This document shows positions 62,513 to 64,000 of a stretch of DNA of 64,000 nt, one piece after another. The notes beneath the pieces were generated by a model. That model saw nothing but the letters and a program-made list of their open reading frames with translations. It had not been told where the DNA came from and did no database searches. Both the position numbers and the translations under genes were made by a program. How positions within the stretch are numbered: position 1 is the stretch's first letter; every line of letters begins with the position of its first letter. This DNA is from Macrostomum lignano (lineage: Eukaryota), in assembly GCA_002269645.1 (NCBI GenBank), contig NIVC01004015.1, positions 315-64,314 of the forward strand. Direction: 5' to 3'.

Positions 62513-63684
62513 CCATAGACATTTCAACCCTCCATTCAATCAATAGGATTGTCATTGCCATGAACTCTCCACGCCTTTTGGCTTTCGTGCCATAGACGTT
62601 TGTGCCTCCTCCTTCTGGGCCACTTCGATTCGTGCCATAGATATTTCCTGCAATGAAGTTAACTGGAAGAGAGAACTCCAGGCAACGGCCAAATTTCCAC
62701 TCGCGGCTAGCGCTGCTCGTGGCTTTGGCCGTTGCCTGGAGTTCTCTCTTCCAGTTAACCCCCCATTGTCAAAAATCAGCCTTTAGGATAATGCAATCGT
62801 CTATGGTTAAACCATGAGCACATTTATTTTTTTTTTCACTTAAACTTCAGGATAATGATTTCAAACTCGGATAATGGACGCCTATTTTTAGAACAAAACA
62901 GCAAACACCAACAACAAAATATTAGCGCTATGGAAAGTTAATTGTGCAGTATCAATATGGCGCAATTGTCATAGTGCCGAAGACCATTACAGATTGCAAT
63001 TGTTGAAAGTACAGTTGTTCATAATAAAGATATTCCGACCGTTCATCTGACGACCATCAGACACGCTCACTGCTTCTTGCACGATGGAACTTTGGATGCT
63101 GATGTCAGCAGGCATTGTTACTTGACCGTGGGTCGCGGCGCTTTGTCCCATGTTCAACGCACGCGACACTGCATAGCTGCATTGTTGCAGGGACTTGTCC
63201 CGTTTAACTGCCAGTAGCGCCGGACCGTGCTCTCGGACTTTTGACCCGTGATAGCCATGATCTCGCTCATCGAATGCCCAGCCGATTCCAGGTCTCAAGA
63301 AAGTGCAAGAAGTTCAAAAAGTCTTCGTTATCCTTCATGTCCTTCTGAGATGGAAAGTCTTGAGATCCAATTGAGTTCGCTGCTAGATACGTTGGCTAAA
63401 CTTTCGACAGGCAGATTGCCCCAGTTGATCGGATATGACGTCTGGTTCTCCATGGCCAAGCGAATGTAGCTATTTAAGTTTTATTCTCTCTTTCTCTCCA
63501 CATCTCCTTCCTTTCCACCCTCTTAACCCCAGCCTGTTTGCAACTTCTTTGTCTATGGCCCAAACTCCAGTAAACCACCTCAGTCTTTATGTCTCTCTCT
63601 CCTCGGTAACCCTCTCTCCTTTCGATGCCCTTTTTGTCTATGGCCCACGAAATTCGACAATGCCCTTTAGGATAATGTCTATGG
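62513..63684 (-). mobile_element. Internally deleted Crypton-type element: recombinase N-terminus fused to the catalytic C-terminus
   Basis: ATG at 63453 gives MENQTSYPINWGNLP..L.N....ELN, homologous to MSDPIIHYINWGNLP..L.N....ELN at 62416. It then runs into LESAGHSMSEIMAITGQKSESTVRRYW (63291-63211, YR box with the catalytic Tyr) and, frameshifted, ...IFIMNNCTFNNCNL (ends 62987). It is bracketed by CCATAGAC (62513, 62590) and GTCTATGG (63551, 63636, 63677). Confidence 0.72.
62658..62759. repeat. Perfect 36-bp inverted repeat (hairpin)
   Basis: GTTAACTGGAAGAGAGAACTCCAGGCAACGGCCAAA ... TTTGGCCGTTGCCTGGAGTTCTCTCTTCCAGTTAAC. Confidence 0.92.
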
Positions 63685-63706
63685 CCCCACTGAAATTCGA
63701 CAATGC

Positions 63707-63820
63707 GGTTATTCGTAAGTGAGTCTTTAGGATAATAGTCCGGCTCATGGTCAAGAACCGCGTCTGCAATCTCGTGCCATGAGCCGGACTATTATCCTAA
63801 AGTCTCACTTACGAATAACC
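63707..63820. repeat. 44-bp inverted repeat (one mismatch, 26-bp loop)
   Basis: GGTTATTCGTAAGTGAGTCTTTAGGATAATAGTCCGGCTCATGG ... CCATGAGCCGGACTATTATCCTAAAGTCTCACTTACGAATAACC. Confidence 0.92.
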
Positions 63821-64000
63821 AACCATTATTCAACTCAGTTGCATACTATACAATCTACCATTGCACTTACACTCGATCTGCAGCGTCTATGCAAAGCTAG
63901 GATTTTTCTCTTTTTCAAACCATGGCAGTCTTATTGAATGCTGTCTTGCTCATCGTACACTATTAAACTGTTTAACTGTTAGGCCTATAGATAGAACAGT

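Overview
Eukaryotic (invertebrate animal) genomic DNA. It has short GT-AG introns, GC-richer exons, many mini/microsatellites and small transposon remnants. A flatworm such as Macrostomum is my guess, not something the sequence proves. Genes: an ATG-less CCDC86/Cgr1 ORF (+); an orphan two-exon gene (-); a complete 25-exon, ~3,494-aa polycystin-1-like gene (9986-27162, -; signal peptide, WSC, PKD repeats, REJ, GAIN/GPS, PLAT, channel, coiled coil) whose exon phases all join; a degenerate, internally deleted tandem paralogue of it (33940-37754, -); a 4-exon, four-repeat protein of unknown function with an N-myristoylation motif; a single-exon LRR membrane protein; and two pairs of duplicated class A GPCRs. 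One GPCR pair has its single introns at different positions; the other shares a 262-bp identical tract. Mobile DNA includes hAT-type MITEs with 8-bp TSDs, a foldback element whose empty site is also in the window, a non-autonomous Helitron and LINE scraps. The most system-like signal is a set of Crypton-type tyrosine-recombinase remnants associated with a strongly over-represented CCATAGAC/GTCTATGG octamer (at least 33 copies). That octamer brackets several elements and punctuates a 61-bp tandem array. All gene models and counts were derived by eye; no database searches were run.
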